Assembly: GCA_963717145.1 (NCBI GenBank)
Contig: OY970325.1
Span: forward strand, 64,001-128,000
DNA length: 64,000 nucleotides
Direction of reading: 5' to 3'
From: an uncultured Armatimonadetes bacterium
Lineage (GTDB): Bacteria > Armatimonadota > UBA5829 > DTJY01
In this document: piece after piece, positions 1 through 10,326 of the stretch
How positions within the stretch are numbered: the first letter of the stretch is position 1
Layout of the letters: the number at the start of each line of letters is the position of its first letter
Notes under the pieces: generated by a model
What the model was told of the DNA's origin: nothing
The model's database searches: none
The model's input: the letters and a program-made list of their open reading frames with translations, nothing else
Program-made: the position numbers and the translations under genes

Positions 1-1
1 G

Positions 2-557
2 CATTATCTTGCCGGCCAGTTGGTTCCCCTCGGGTTCGATGCCTTTGGCTACAACTACCAGGCGCGCTTGTTCCGCGGCTATTATGCCAACGCCTACCTC
101 GGCGCGGACGGCCTGCCGCCTTACGAGGGCGACACAGAATCTTATCTCGCAGCCAATCCGAGCGCGGCCACCAAAGCTTACTGGCGGGCTCGCGACACCT
201 GGCTGGAGATCAAGTGGAACGACGCGTGGTTGAGCAACCGGGACGCCAACAGAGACGGCTTCTTGGATCGTCACCTCGGTTTTCCGGGCTATCCGGGGTC
301 GGGCGCATGGCTGATCAACCACCTTTGGGGTGAAGACCCCGATGGCACGCGTTGGGAGAACTTCGCACACATCGTGGCCGTGCCGTCCACCGCGGTCAAA
401 GTCGCGGGGGTTTGGTATGACGCCTCGGGCGACGGAAATCGGACGGGAAATCTGGGATTCGTTCGCCATTGTGTTGGAGATCATCAACGATCCCGTATGG
501 GGTCAGCATGGCAGAAACTATGTCAGTCCTGCGGGGCCAGGGTTGGGCAAGTACTAG
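2..557 (+). CDS. hypothetical protein, 5'-partial, one frameshift near 430
   Basis: Protein-like frame (GFDAFGYNYQARLF...KWNDAWLSN...WYDASG) continues in another frame as TEIGREIWDSFAIV...PAGPGLGKY*. Confidence 0.6.
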
Positions 558-892
558 CCCATCAGGAAGGGTCTTCGGGCCATGGCTGGGGGGTGTTCCC
601 CGCTGACAGTGCAAGAGCCTGTTTAAAAAACCCGCCCGGTCAGGGGACCGCTACAACGACTGTGGCCCGGACGACAGGGGCGTCACCCTCGGTTTGGCCT
701 GTTGCTAGGCCGGGCCATTGTTTTCCTTAACCACTCAAGCGCCGCACAGGCTGACTCCCGCGCCCGCCATCATGGGGGCATTGCTCGGACGAGAAAGAGC
801 GTTTCTAAGAGAGGTCAACTTTATCCAGTTCACCACAATCGTAGAACCCTTGGCCGGCGTGGACGAGAAAGGTCTCCAAGCCGGCTCCGGCT

Positions 893-1540
893 TCAGGACT
901 GTTTCAGGGCAATCCGAAATACGACGTTGCCCGCGTCCAAGCAGCGGTCATAGACCTTCTCCAGCAACTCAAACAGATCCCTGAGCACAAGCACCTGAAC
1001 GGCCTCCCGCTCCCCGCTGTAGAGCTCATGGAGCACCGCCAACATGAGGCGGTCTGCCTCGCCTTCGATCCGACCCAGCTCTTCTTTCTGGGTCTTGACC
1101 TTCTCTATGTTGGCGCCTTGGCGCAGCTCCCTCACCATCACTCTGACCAGTTCAGCCGCCTTGGCCAGTAATCCGACGTGCCTGGACACGTCAACGCCGC
1201 AAGTGTGTTCGCCGGCGATGATGTAGTGGTCGCCGAACTTCGTCGCGGTCTTCGGAATCTTGTACAGGGCGTTGGAAAGCGCCTCAATGTCCTCCCGGTC
1301 CAGCGGCGTCATCATGGTTTTGCTGAGGTAATGTTTCAGGTCATGGGCAAAAGCTTTTTCTCGGCTCCGGGCGTTGCGCAGTTGTTCCATGACACAGACA
1401 TCTCGAGAATGCTCGCCCTCCGGGGCACTGAGCATGGCGCTCAACCTTGCGACGGCCGTGTGGGCCTCCTCCGCAGCGCCTTCGAGCAAGGCAAACAACC
1501 TCAGGTCTTTGGTAAACAGGCCTGGCAGCACGAGCTTCAT
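893..1540 (-). CDS. DUF47 family (PhoU-like) phosphate transport regulator
   Basis: Motifs TPLDREDI, IEGEAD and LEKVYDRCLDAGNVV; about 215 aa. Confidence 0.85.
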   Translation of the reverse strand: MKLVLPGLFTKDLRLFALLEGAAEEAHTAVARLSAMLSAPEGEHSRDVCVMEQLRNARSREKAFAHDLKHYLSKTMMTPLDREDIEALSNALYKIPKTATKFGDHYIIAGEHTCGVDVSRHVGLLAKAAELVRVMVRELRQGANIEKVKTQKEELGRIEGEADRLMLAVLHELYSGEREAVQVLVLRDLFELLEKVYDRCLDAGNVVFRIALKQS

Positions 1541-1634
1541 GTCCAGAATAATATGCCCCGGCTCCGATGGAAGCGCAGGGCCTGACTTTGATCCGACGCG
1601 CTGCGGCGACTGGATGGCATACGCAAAGAGGCGC

Positions 1635-3446
1635 TTACGCAACAACAGGCGGCAGCAGGCCAAAAGAAGTAAGTCCCGCATCCTCACGGGATGCTCTCTC
1701 CAGATCGCCCGCGGAAATGAAACGAATCAGCTTGTTTTCCGGAGGAGCAAATCCGGCTTTGGCTTGCGCGGGGTCAAAGATGGCGCAGATCTTCATGGAC
1801 CCATCCAGGGCAAAACCGATGATGCCTGCGCTGCCCGCAAAGGCATACCCGGCCGCTGAGATCTCCGTTTCATCCGGATCAAAGCGGGCGAAGAAATCAT
1901 CGCCCGCCTGATAGACGATCCCATGGCGCGCGGTGCGCCTGAAGCCCACAAACACGACCTGGCCGGGATTCATCTTGATGGCGTCATTGCCAATGGCAAA
2001 TATGTCAGCCCCGGCGGCCCCCCGGTAGTTCTCGCGTATTCCCAAAGCCGTTTTGTAGAACAAGGTGTCTTCCCGGCTCGAAGGCCAGATGAGTTCGGAG
2101 CCGCCTGCCTCATCCGTGAATTCCTGGGCCCCCTTAAAAGCAATGCCTGCCTTGGCCAGGGCGGCTCGCAGGCTGGTCGGGATCTCTCCGAGAAAGCTTT
2201 CCGTGGCAACAAAGGTAAACCCGCCTGTTTTTCGAATGTCCTTCTCCCAGTGGCAACTGAGGCCAAGAAACGCGTGGCCAGGGCGATTGCAGGTGTCGCC
2301 GGTTTTCCCGTTTTCCAGCAAGGTGTGGTCAAGACCACAACGCACGGTCATCTGATTGCGGCAGAAGGCCAGGTGGTGGCTGATGGTGAGCACGAAACCG
2401 GAGAAACGAGGCCCCATGATTTGCTCCTCGCTTAAGCTTAAGAGCGAGTAGTTGTTCTCAACCAGAATGCACTTCGTTCCTGCATTGGCCTCCATGCACA
2501 GCTCCAGGGCATCAAAGGCCGCGGTGTTTCTTCGTTCGGGACTGAGCAGGGCCGCCTGCCTGAGCAATTCACCGGTGATGTCGGCCTTGACCGCAGGTTC
2601 GGGAATCGGGGGGGCCAGGGGCCCGGAAGCTGGAGGGGCGGCTCGGGGCAGACCCGGCTTAACGTCCTGGTCTGCAACCGGGTCTTTCTTGGGCGGAACC
2701 TTGGCCGCATCCTGTCTTCGCACCACCAGTTCGTTGAGTTTGTTCTGCAAGGCAGCTCTGCCCGGTTCGTTCAAGTCATAAAGGTCCTCGCCGATACATA
2801 CAACAATCACCTTGTTCTGGCCGGCTTGCTTCTTGAGCGCTCTGAAACCAGCGGGTTTGCGAATCCAGCCGCTATTCTCCCATGCGTCGAGCGCGTGATC
2901 ATACACCAGGGCGATGGCCTGCTTGTATTCCTTGCTGCCAGGCAGAGAGAATGTCGCCATGAACGAATTCGAAGAGGAGATCACCACCTGGATGCGGCCC
3001 ACGGGCTGGCCAGCCTGGATCGCAGATGGAGCCGGCTCCAGAACGCCTGTTTTTTCGGACGCAGTGACCCCCGCTGCAGGAGGTAACCCCGCCGTCCCGC
3101 CCTTCACCCCATTGCCTGCGGTGGGAGGAGTGGCTGGGCCGGGAGCCCCTGCCTGGCCAGGCGCAAAACGCAGGAGGAATGCTTCCACATCGGAGGCGGC
3201 CACCCTGTGGAGGTTGGGAATCTCAGCAACCGTATTGTAAGTCCGTCGGTCCAGGGCCACCAGCCGCACATCAGTCTGTTGCAGTTTGATCTCCGATCCG
3301 AAGAAGAGCATGGCGTTCAGATCTTCCAACGCCTTGTCCAGGGATTCTTCGCAGTGCCTTGAACCCCGGGTGTAGTGCATTTTGAACCTGCCACCTGCCG
3401 GGACTACTTTAATGGTTTGTTGCGGAGTTGGAGGGGCTGCCTGCAT
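1635..3446 (-). CDS. hypothetical protein (603 aa) with Pro/Ala-rich linkers
   Basis: Long uninterrupted ORF with globular-looking segments separated by linkers; no family recognised. Confidence 0.65.
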   Translation of the reverse strand: MQAAPPTPQQTIKVVPAGGRFKMHYTRGSRHCEESLDKALEDLNAMLFFGSEIKLQQTDVRLVALDRRTYNTVAEIPNLHRVAASDVEAFLLRFAPGQAGAPGPATPPTAGNGVKGGTAGLPPAAGVTASEKTGVLEPAPSAIQAGQPVGRIQVVISSSNSFMATFSLPGSKEYKQAIALVYDHALDAWENSGWIRKPAGFRALKKQAGQNKVIVVCIGEDLYDLNEPGRAALQNKLNELVVRRQDAAKVPPKKDPVADQDVKPGLPRAAPPASGPLAPPIPEPAVKADITGELLRQAALLSPERRNTAAFDALELCMEANAGTKCILVENNYSLLSLSEEQIMGPRFSGFVLTISHHLAFCRNQMTVRCGLDHTLLENGKTGDTCNRPGHAFLGLSCHWEKDIRKTGGFTFVATESFLGEIPTSLRAALAKAGIAFKGAQEFTDEAGGSELIWPSSREDTLFYKTALGIRENYRGAAGADIFAIGNDAIKMNPGQVVFVGFRRTARHGIVYQAGDDFFARFDPDETEISAAGYAFAGSAGIIGFALDGSMKICAIFDPAQAKAGFAPPENKLIRFISAGDLERASREDAGLTSFGLLPPVVA

Positions 3447-3453
3447 TGAACAT

Positions 3454-3693
3454 TCAGGTGCTTCTGGATTTGCGAGCCAGGGCGTGCCAGAGCAGCGTGG
3501 GTGGCACCGTGGGTGGACGTCGTGGCGATTGCGCCGGGGACAGTTGATAAGGGTGGCGGCCGCGAAACGTCACCAGGCGGGCGTCAAGGGCGAGGCGCAG
3601 GATCCCGCCGGCCTTTTGTCTGCCGCAGGCGTCGTAAACGGCCGCGATGAGGTCCCCCAACCTCATGGTCTTCCTGGTCTGAAGGTTCTTCAT
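3454..3693 (-). CDS. small hypothetical protein (LGDLIAAVYDACG motif)
   Basis: AAGGA upstream of ATG; preceded by palindrome/-10 promoter at 3809-3855. Confidence 0.65.
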   Translation of the reverse strand: MKNLQTRKTMRLGDLIAAVYDACGRQKAGGILRLALDARLVTFRGRHPYQLSPAQSPRRPPTVPPTLLWHALARKSRST

Positions 3694-3808
3694 GGCACAT
3701 CCTTTCTTCGTTTGGAGGCAGAACTCATCCGGGCTTCAGCCTCCGCCCGCTGCTGTCTGTCCCGTCCTGGGCGGCAGCCTTGATGCATTCTCGTCCTCAT
3801 ACCCGCTC

Positions 3809-3855
3809 AGGTTAGACGGAGAAAGGGGATCGCCGCCATGGGGTGTTTACCCCAT
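3809..3855 (-). promoter_or_regulatory. palindromic operator 1 (ATGGGGTGTTTACCCCAT, 3838-3855) with -10 TAACCT
   Basis: 7-4-7 inverted repeat; -10 at 3814-3809, 23 nt downstream on the minus strand. Confidence 0.8.
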
Positions 3856-3856
3856 C

Positions 3857-5339
3857 TCAGGGTCGCAGCACTCGGCAGATCTTGCGGAAGTGGTGGCCGT
3901 AGATGGAGAGAGTGACGGCCAGCGACAACTGGGAGGGGCGGCGGAGGAGCGTCCAGAGGAGCAGGCCCCAGTAGTGGAAACGCTCGCGGCCCAGAACGCC
4001 GAGGCGGAAGTTGGCATGGGCAAACGCCACGAGAGATCGCCAGGTCAGCGAGCGGGAGATCTCTCGGCGGCTCGGTATTCGCGCAGGAAGGTGCGGATCC
4101 GCTGGTAGTACGGCCTGGGCGAATAGATGTATTCCATGAGGCTCTGGTAGCCCTGGCGCAGCGTCTCCCGGTTCATCCGCGGAATAAAGTTGGTGGTCCC
4201 ATCGACATTGTCCCCGGTCGTGTCGGCCGAGCAGGCGGCCCTGGCGGTTCAGCCGTTGGTGAAGCTTGGTGCCGGGCAGGGCTTGCAGCAGGCCGACCAT
4301 CGCCGTGACGATCCCGCTTTTCTGAATGAACTCGATCTGCCGCTGAAAGATCGCGGGCGTGTCGTGGTCGAATCCGACGATGAACCCGCCCTGCACCTCC
4401 AGGCCCGCGCGCTGGATGCGCTTCACGTCGGCGACCAGGTCGCGGCCCCGGTTCTGGCGCTTGTTGCACTCGGCCAGGCTGGCCTCCTCGGGCGTCTCGA
4501 TGCCGACGAACACCTGGTCGAACCCCGCCTCGACCATCAGCCGCATCAGCTCCTCGTCGTCGGCGAGATTGATGGACGCCTCGGTGAAAAACGGGATGCC
4601 GCGCTTCCCTTTCTGCCACTGGATCAGGGCCGGCAGCAGTTCCTCCTTGAGCACCCGCTTGTTGCCGATGAAATTGTCGTCCACGAAGAAGACCGCCCCG
4701 CGCCAGCCGAGCCGGGCGAGGCCGTCCAGCTCGGCGATCACCTGCGCGGTGGTCTTGGTGCGGGGCCGATGTCCGAACATGGAGGTGATGTTGCAGAACT
4801 CGCAGTCGAACGGGCAGCCGCGCGAGAACTGCAGGCTCATGCTCGAATAGCGGCGCAGGTCGGCCAGCTCCCACAGCGGCGCCGGGGTCTGGCGGAGGTC
4901 GGGAAAGTTCGACGACGCATAGACGCGCCGGGCGCCGCCCCGTTCGAGGTCGCGCAGGAACTCCGGCAGCGTCACCTCGGCCTCGTTCAGCACGAAATGG
5001 TCCACTTCGGGAAACTGCTCGTGCTCGATGGTGAACAGCGGCCCGCCCGCCACGATGGTCTTGCCCGCCGCCCGGCAGCGCGCGATGAGCGCGCGGGCCG
5101 AGTCCCGCTGGGCGATCATCGCGCTGATGAACACGAGGTCGGCCCAGGCCAGGTCCTTCTCGCGCAGCTTGCGCACGTTCACGTCCACCAGGCGCTTCGC
5201 CCAAGGCGCGCGGCAGCATCGCGGCCACGGTCAGCAGGCCCAGCGGCGGCAGCGAGGCGCGCTTGTGGATGAACTTCAAGGCGTGCTTGAAACTCCAGAA
5301 GGTGTCCGGGAACTCCGGGTAGAGCAGCAAGGCATTCAT
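3857..5339 (-). CDS. B12-binding radical SAM protein (HpnP-like, DUF4070), frameshifted
   Basis: [11 protein letters not shown]12 domain, [20 protein letters not shown]; frame changes near 5205 and 4225. Confidence 0.9.
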
Positions 5340-6342
5340 GTTACGATCGGCCCTCCACCGGCTCGCAGGCCGCGGTAGCCCACCAGCTTCTGGCGCTGTT
5401 CATCCCAGAGCCGAAAGGTGAGCGAATTGAGGCTGGAAAACAGGGTGACGGGCTTGACGGTCTGAAACAGCGGGACCGCGTTCTGGCACTTCTCCAGGTT
5501 GTAATTGGGAATCCGTGGGTTCAGATGATGGATGTGATGAAATCCAATGCTGCCGGTGAACCATTGCAGGACCCTGGGCAGCTTGTAGAAGGAACTGCCT
5601 TGCAGGGCGGCCGCCGCGTAGTCCCAGGCCGCGTGGCGCGCCCAGCAAACGTCTTCAAACTGGTGCTGCACGTAGAACAGCCACACCCCCGCCGTGCCCG
5701 CCACCGCCATCACCGTCAACTGAATGAGCAGGTAGGCCTTGAAACCGAAGATCCCACCCAGCGCCGCCACCATGCCAGAATCGCCAGGTTGGTCCAATAC
5801 ACCGAGTGACGCTCTCGTTTGCCGGCGCGGGGCGAGGCAAAGCGCTGCTTCACCAGGAACAGGAAGAGCGGCGCCAGCACGAAGAGCACGACCGGGTTGC
5901 GGGCCAGCCGATAGGCCAGCCGTCTCCAGCGAGAGGCGTCCAGGTATTCCTGAACGGTCAACGTCCACACATCGCCCGGGCCGCGCCGGTCCAGATCGCC
6001 GGCGCTCCAGTGGTGGAGGGCATGTTCCCATCGCCAGTGAAAGTAAGGCGTGAAAGTCAGCACGCCGGTGATGAAGCCGAGCCGGTCCGCGGCTCGTTGG
6101 GACCTGAAAAAGGAACCGTGCCCGCAGTCGTGGAAGATGATGAAGACCCGCACCAGGAACCCGGCCGCCAGGATGGCCAGCGGCAGGGCGAGCCAATAGG
6201 AAACGGCCAGGCTGAGGTACATCAGGTACCAGAGGACCGCATACGGAACGAGCGTGTTGACCACCTGCCAGAGGCTGCGCCCGACGGTGGGTGTCTGGTA
6301 GGGAGCCACGAGCGTCTTCCAGGGTTGCTCGGTATGGTTCAC
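5336..6342 (-). CDS. fatty acid desaturase (Des/DesA-like), frameshifted
   Basis: His boxes HDCGH, HALHH and [16 protein letters not shown]; frameshift near 5775. Confidence 0.9.
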
Positions 6343-6348
6343 CGTCTC

Positions 6349-6395
6349 ACCATAACGCAGCGGACTGGCAGATCGCCATGGGGTGTTCACCCCAT
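6349..6395 (-). promoter_or_regulatory. palindromic operator 2 (ATGGGGTGTTCACCCCAT, 6378-6395) with -10 TATGGT
   Basis: -10 at 6354-6349, gap 23 nt. Confidence 0.8.
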
Positions 6396-6413
6396 CGGGG
6401 GTGGCATCACCCC

Positions 6414-8035
6414 TCACGCGCAGGAGTTCTGGTCCCCGGATGGTGAGGCGTTGCGCAGGCTGATCGTTTGGTTTCCGACCCGCCCTTGCGTCCAGCCGGT
6501 GGCAGACCGGGCTTCACGGTCCGGCTCCTCAAGTCCGGCATCCAGCATCCGGGCCGGGAGTTCGGGCTTGCGGGTCAAAGTGCGCCGGCGAAAGGGACTG
6601 CAAAGCAGCTTGACGATGTCGGACGTCTTCATGTGGCGGCCGAAGGCGCGCAGGAGCTTCCAGGTTCGGATCGGGCGCCTGAGAACCCGGTGGAGGAAGA
6701 GCCAACCGTAACCTTTGGCCCGCAGCCGATTCACCACCGCGCTGGGCAGGGTGGTGGGGTCGATATCCGAGCACTTGAACCACTTGTGCCAATCCCGTTC
6801 GTCGTCAATGATCCCGCGCGCCACATACTCCTGCCAGAGCGGCGTCCCGCGATAGGCGCACAAGCGATTGAAGCCGAAGGTGTCCAGCTCCAGGCGCGCC
6901 GCGAAGCGGAAGCTTTCCGCGATGTCCTCTTCGGTTTCATCGGGCGAGCCGACGACAAAGAACCCGTGGACCCTGGCGATGCCCTGCCGCTTGGCTTCCC
7001 GGACGGCGTGCTCCACCTGGGCGGGGGTCTGCTTCTTGTTGAGCCGGTCCAGCACTTTTTGCGTGCCCGCCTCCACGCCAAAGGCCAGGAAATTGCAGCC
7101 GGCCTGGCGCAGGAGCGGCAGTTGCTCAATTCCGACCGAATCGACGCGGCCTTCGCAGCCCCAGTGAAACTCCAGTTTGCGTTCGATGATGCCGCGGCAA
7201 ATCGCCTCAATGCGCTGGCGGTTGATGAGGAAATGGTCGTCGGTCAGGTAGATCGAGCGGTAGCCCAGGTCGTTGAGCTCCTGCAACTCGCCCAGGACAT
7301 GCTCCGGCGAACGGCTTCGCAGCCGGCCCTCGCCCAGGGACGGGATATCGCAGTAGATGCAGGAGTAGGGGCAGCCGCGCGAGGTTTGCACGGTGCAGAA
7401 CTTGTCCAGCGAGAGGACCGCCGGAACATCCAGGGGCAGGGACTCGATGTAGTCGATCGGCAGACTGGTTCGGTCGGGATACGGAAACCGGTCCAGGTCC
7501 TGAAGGAGGGGGCGGGGGGCGTTGGTAACGATGGTCCCGTCGCGCCGCCAGACCAGCCCCGCCACGGAGCCGGGGTCATCGAGGTGGTCCAAATAGTCCG
7601 GCAGGAGCTCCTCGCCTTCACCCACCCCCACGCAGTCGATGTCGGGACAGTCCCCCAGAATGCGGTCCGCATTCAAGGTGGCGAAGGCTCCGCCGACGAT
7701 GATCGGGAGTCTTCGGCGCCTCGGCCTTGAGTCCGCCGGGCCATGCTCTTGACCGCCGGGTAGGTGGTGGTCGAGAGAAAGGAGAGCGCGATCACGTCAG
7801 GTTGTTCTTGTGCAACCGCCTGCGCGATGTGCTCCGCCTTCATCTGCGGGTGGCAGGTATCAAACATCCGCACCTGGTGCCCCCGTTGGCGCAGCACCGG
7901 CGCGAGCGTCTGGATCCCCAGGGGCGGAAACGCCATCACCTTGACCCGGCCGTTGTCCGACTTCGACCGATCCAGGCGCTCGGGAAGCACCCGGCAGAAG
8001 TTTTCATCGCCCACGTAAACGAGGAACGTATTCAT
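6414..8035 (-). CDS. B12-binding radical SAM protein, frameshifted
   Basis: FPPLGIQTLA N-terminal domain, RGCPYSCIYC, YLTDDHF; frameshifts near 7680-7730. Confidence 0.88.
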
Positions 8036-8130
8036 GGGCTGGATCTTCGTCTCTGGCCACGGCCGCAAACGGTTGCGCCGCAAACCCCAAGCGCCAGGTT
8101 CTTTAGCTGGTGGCCGCGTTTCATAACGCC

Positions 8131-8177
8131 AGAGTATCGAGGGGACCCCGCGGGGCGCCATGGGGTGTTTACCCCAT
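8131..8177 (-). promoter_or_regulatory. palindromic operator 3 (8160-8177) with -10 TACTCT
   Basis: ATGGGGTGTTTACCCCAT; -10 at 8136-8131, gap 23 nt. Confidence 0.8.
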
Positions 8178-8972
8178 TGCGACTGCCTGGCGCAGGGCCG
8201 GCAGGCGAGGGGGAGGTTTGATCCGGTTTGATTGGGTTTGATTGGGTTTGATCGGGTTGGATGGGAGGAGGCGATGGCTGCAGGAGCGCCCCCGGCCGGT
8301 CAGGGTACCCGGCTCCAAGTCGTGGTTGATCTCGGTTACCAAGGCCGCGATCTCCCGGGCTTTTTCGCCGCCACCGAAGGCCTGGGCGAGAGGCTGCACC
8401 TCCAAAGCGGCCCAGATGGGGGCGGTGGCGCGCCGTTTCTCCTCCTTTGTTTCGCGGTCGCGCTCCTGTGCATCCAAACGATCCTTTTCCCGCTCCCAGC
8501 GCTCCTGCTCGATCTGGAGCCGGGCGGCGTGACCGTCGTTTTGACGCAACTGACTGAGGGCCTGGAGGAATTCGCGGAGGCGTTGCCAGCGCTCACGGGG
8601 GTCTGAGACCTCCTTGAGGAGCGCCTCGGAGGCGCGCGCCAGTTCGACGGCAAGGAGGGTGGCGAAGCGATCACTCAGGGGCCGCTCTTGGGCGCCGGGC
8701 TCCAGGTCCTCGGATTGCTCGGTCAGGCGCTGGACCAGGTCGCAGGATTCCTGGTGCTGGAGCCAGTCGAGGTAGCCGCCCTGTCTCCACTCGGAGAGGT
8801 TCTGCTCGCTGATTGGGCGGCTGCCGAACTGGGACTTGAGGACTTGGTGCACGTCGGGCAGGCCGTTGAGCCAGTCCACGAGTTGTCGGGCCTGTTCACC
8901 GTCATCGAGGCGGTGGTTCAAATCGAGGCGGATGTGTTTTGGGAGCCGGGCGATTTTGCCGTTGCGAGTCAT
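8169..8972 (-). CDS. hypothetical protein with DUF3486/Mu gp27-like N-terminus
   Basis: GKIARLPKHIRLDLNHRLDDG...NLSEWRQGGY; coiled-coil middle. Confidence 0.65.
   Translation of the reverse strand: MTRNGKIARLPKHIRLDLNHRLDDGEQARQLVDWLNGLPDVHQVLKSQFGSRPISEQNLSEWRQGGYLDWLQHQESCDLVQRLTEQSEDLEPGAQERPLSDRFATLLAVELARASEALLKEVSDPRERWQRLREFLQALSQLRQNDGHAARLQIEQERWEREKDRLDAQERDRETKEEKRRATAPIWAALEVQPLAQAFGGGEKAREIAALVTEINHDLEPGTLTGRGRSCSHRLLPSNPIKPNQTQSNRIKPPPRLPALRQAVAMG
8216..8265. repeat. 10-bp tandem repeat (GTTTGATTGG-like, 5 copies)
   Basis: gtttgatccg gtttgattgg gtttgattgg gtttgatcgg gttggatggg, at the 3' end of the 8169-8972 gene. Confidence 0.85.
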
Positions 8973-9868
8973 AACGAGGAGGCAGGGTTGGAGGTGGTGA
9001 GGTTGTTCCGCCGCCGCCCCGCTGCGGGGCTATGGCGCGACAGGCAGGTCTTCAGGGGGCAGGTGACAGGAGGATGGGGTCTGGGGTCTGGCGTCTGGGG
9101 ATGGATAGCAGATGGCAGACCGCAAGACGGCCAATGTCCAAAGGCATAGGCGCGCTGGGGCAGGGCACAGCGGCGGGACCACGAGTTCCGGGCTCCCGGT
9201 TCCGCGTTTCACTTTTCGAGATTGCGTTCTTCATGCACGCGAGGATCGCATGGGCACCCGCCAAAACGCACGTTACCGGGTAACAGAAAATGCAGGAGGT
9301 TTTCACATTGTCAGCGGGTCAGGTTCCCAGGCTCAGAGTAGTGGAGCCGGTGGGCAAGGGGGGATCGTGTCGTCAAGTTGCGGGAAGCGATGAGACGGAT
9401 GGGACGAACGCGACAAGGGGGACGAACGGGCAGGGGCTGGGAGGATGGAGGTCCGGTTAGTCTTCGCCTTAATCGAAACCAGCCCCGATGGATTCGATCA
9501 GTTCAAGGGGTGGAACAAGTGCCGGCGGCCAGCCGCTCCGCCGGCAGCGAGGCGTGTCCATCCTGACCGACGAGAGCGACGGATACGCGGTGGCGCCGGC
9601 GGTCCTGAGACAGGTGGAGGTGCACATCCAACAGGTGCTGGAGCGGGCCGCCCGAAACCGTCTGGCGGCAGGTGTCGTGGCGGTCGGCGGGGTGGAAATC
9701 CTAAAATCCGCCGTCGGGAAGCCGTCGCGATCGGGTCAGCCCTTGTCATGGTGAAACATGGCGGCCAGGAGGACCAGCTCGGGATGAGCGGCCGACAGCT
9801 TGGGCAGGATCAGGCGGACGCGGGAGCGATAGGCGGACAGGGCCCTGGCCGTTCAGCGCAGGGACAGG

Positions 9869-10047
9869 TCACTCGTTTGCCGGTGCGGCCATTCCCCCCT
9901 GATCTGTGCCGCCTCCACGGGCGAGCCGTTGGGGAGGCGAAGAGTCGCGGCGCTCCACCCAGATGATAGCCAGGAGGAACACGAACGAGGAGAGGCTGAT
10001 GACCAGATAGATGATGAAGGCCCAGTAGAGCATGGAAACGTGTTCAT
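9869..10047 (-). CDS. small single-TM membrane protein (probable frameshift after MNTF)
   Basis: Hydrophobic helix MLYWAFIIYLVISLSSFVFLLAIIWVERR; leader homologous to that of the gene starting at 8035. Confidence 0.55.
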
Positions 10048-10142
10048 GGGTTGGGTCTTCGTCTGCGCGCCGCACCGCAACGGCCCGCACCGAAAACCCG
10101 AACCCCTCGTGCCCACGGTGGGTGGACGTGGTTCATGGGAGC

Positions 10143-10188
10143 AGGATACGGGAGACGCCGTGCGGATGCTATGGGGTGTTTACCCCAT
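10143..10188 (-). promoter_or_regulatory. palindromic operator 4 (10171-10188) with -10 TATCCT
   Basis: ATGGGGTGTTTACCCCAT; -10 at 10148-10143, gap 22 nt. Confidence 0.8.
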
Positions 10189-10326
10189 GCTGCTGCCCGG
10201 CCCAGGCCCGGCCGGCGATGGAGAAGTTTGGGGGGATGCCGATCGTGATGCCGGACGAGCGAAAGGCCGAAGGCGCCCAGGATCAGCCGGAAGGTTTGCT
10301 CATCACTCATGGAGGCGGCTGAAGGG

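Noticed and set aside
586-604. TGGGGGGTGTTCCCCGCT as a tenth operator
   Set aside because: Too many mismatches, and it lies between convergent genes.
615-633. GAGCCTGTTTAAAAAA as an IS terminal inverted repeat
   Set aside because: No matching second end or transposase seen.
9488-9754. 88-aa plus-strand ORF
   Set aside because: No recognisable motif or RBS; cannot be supported over the overlapping alternatives.
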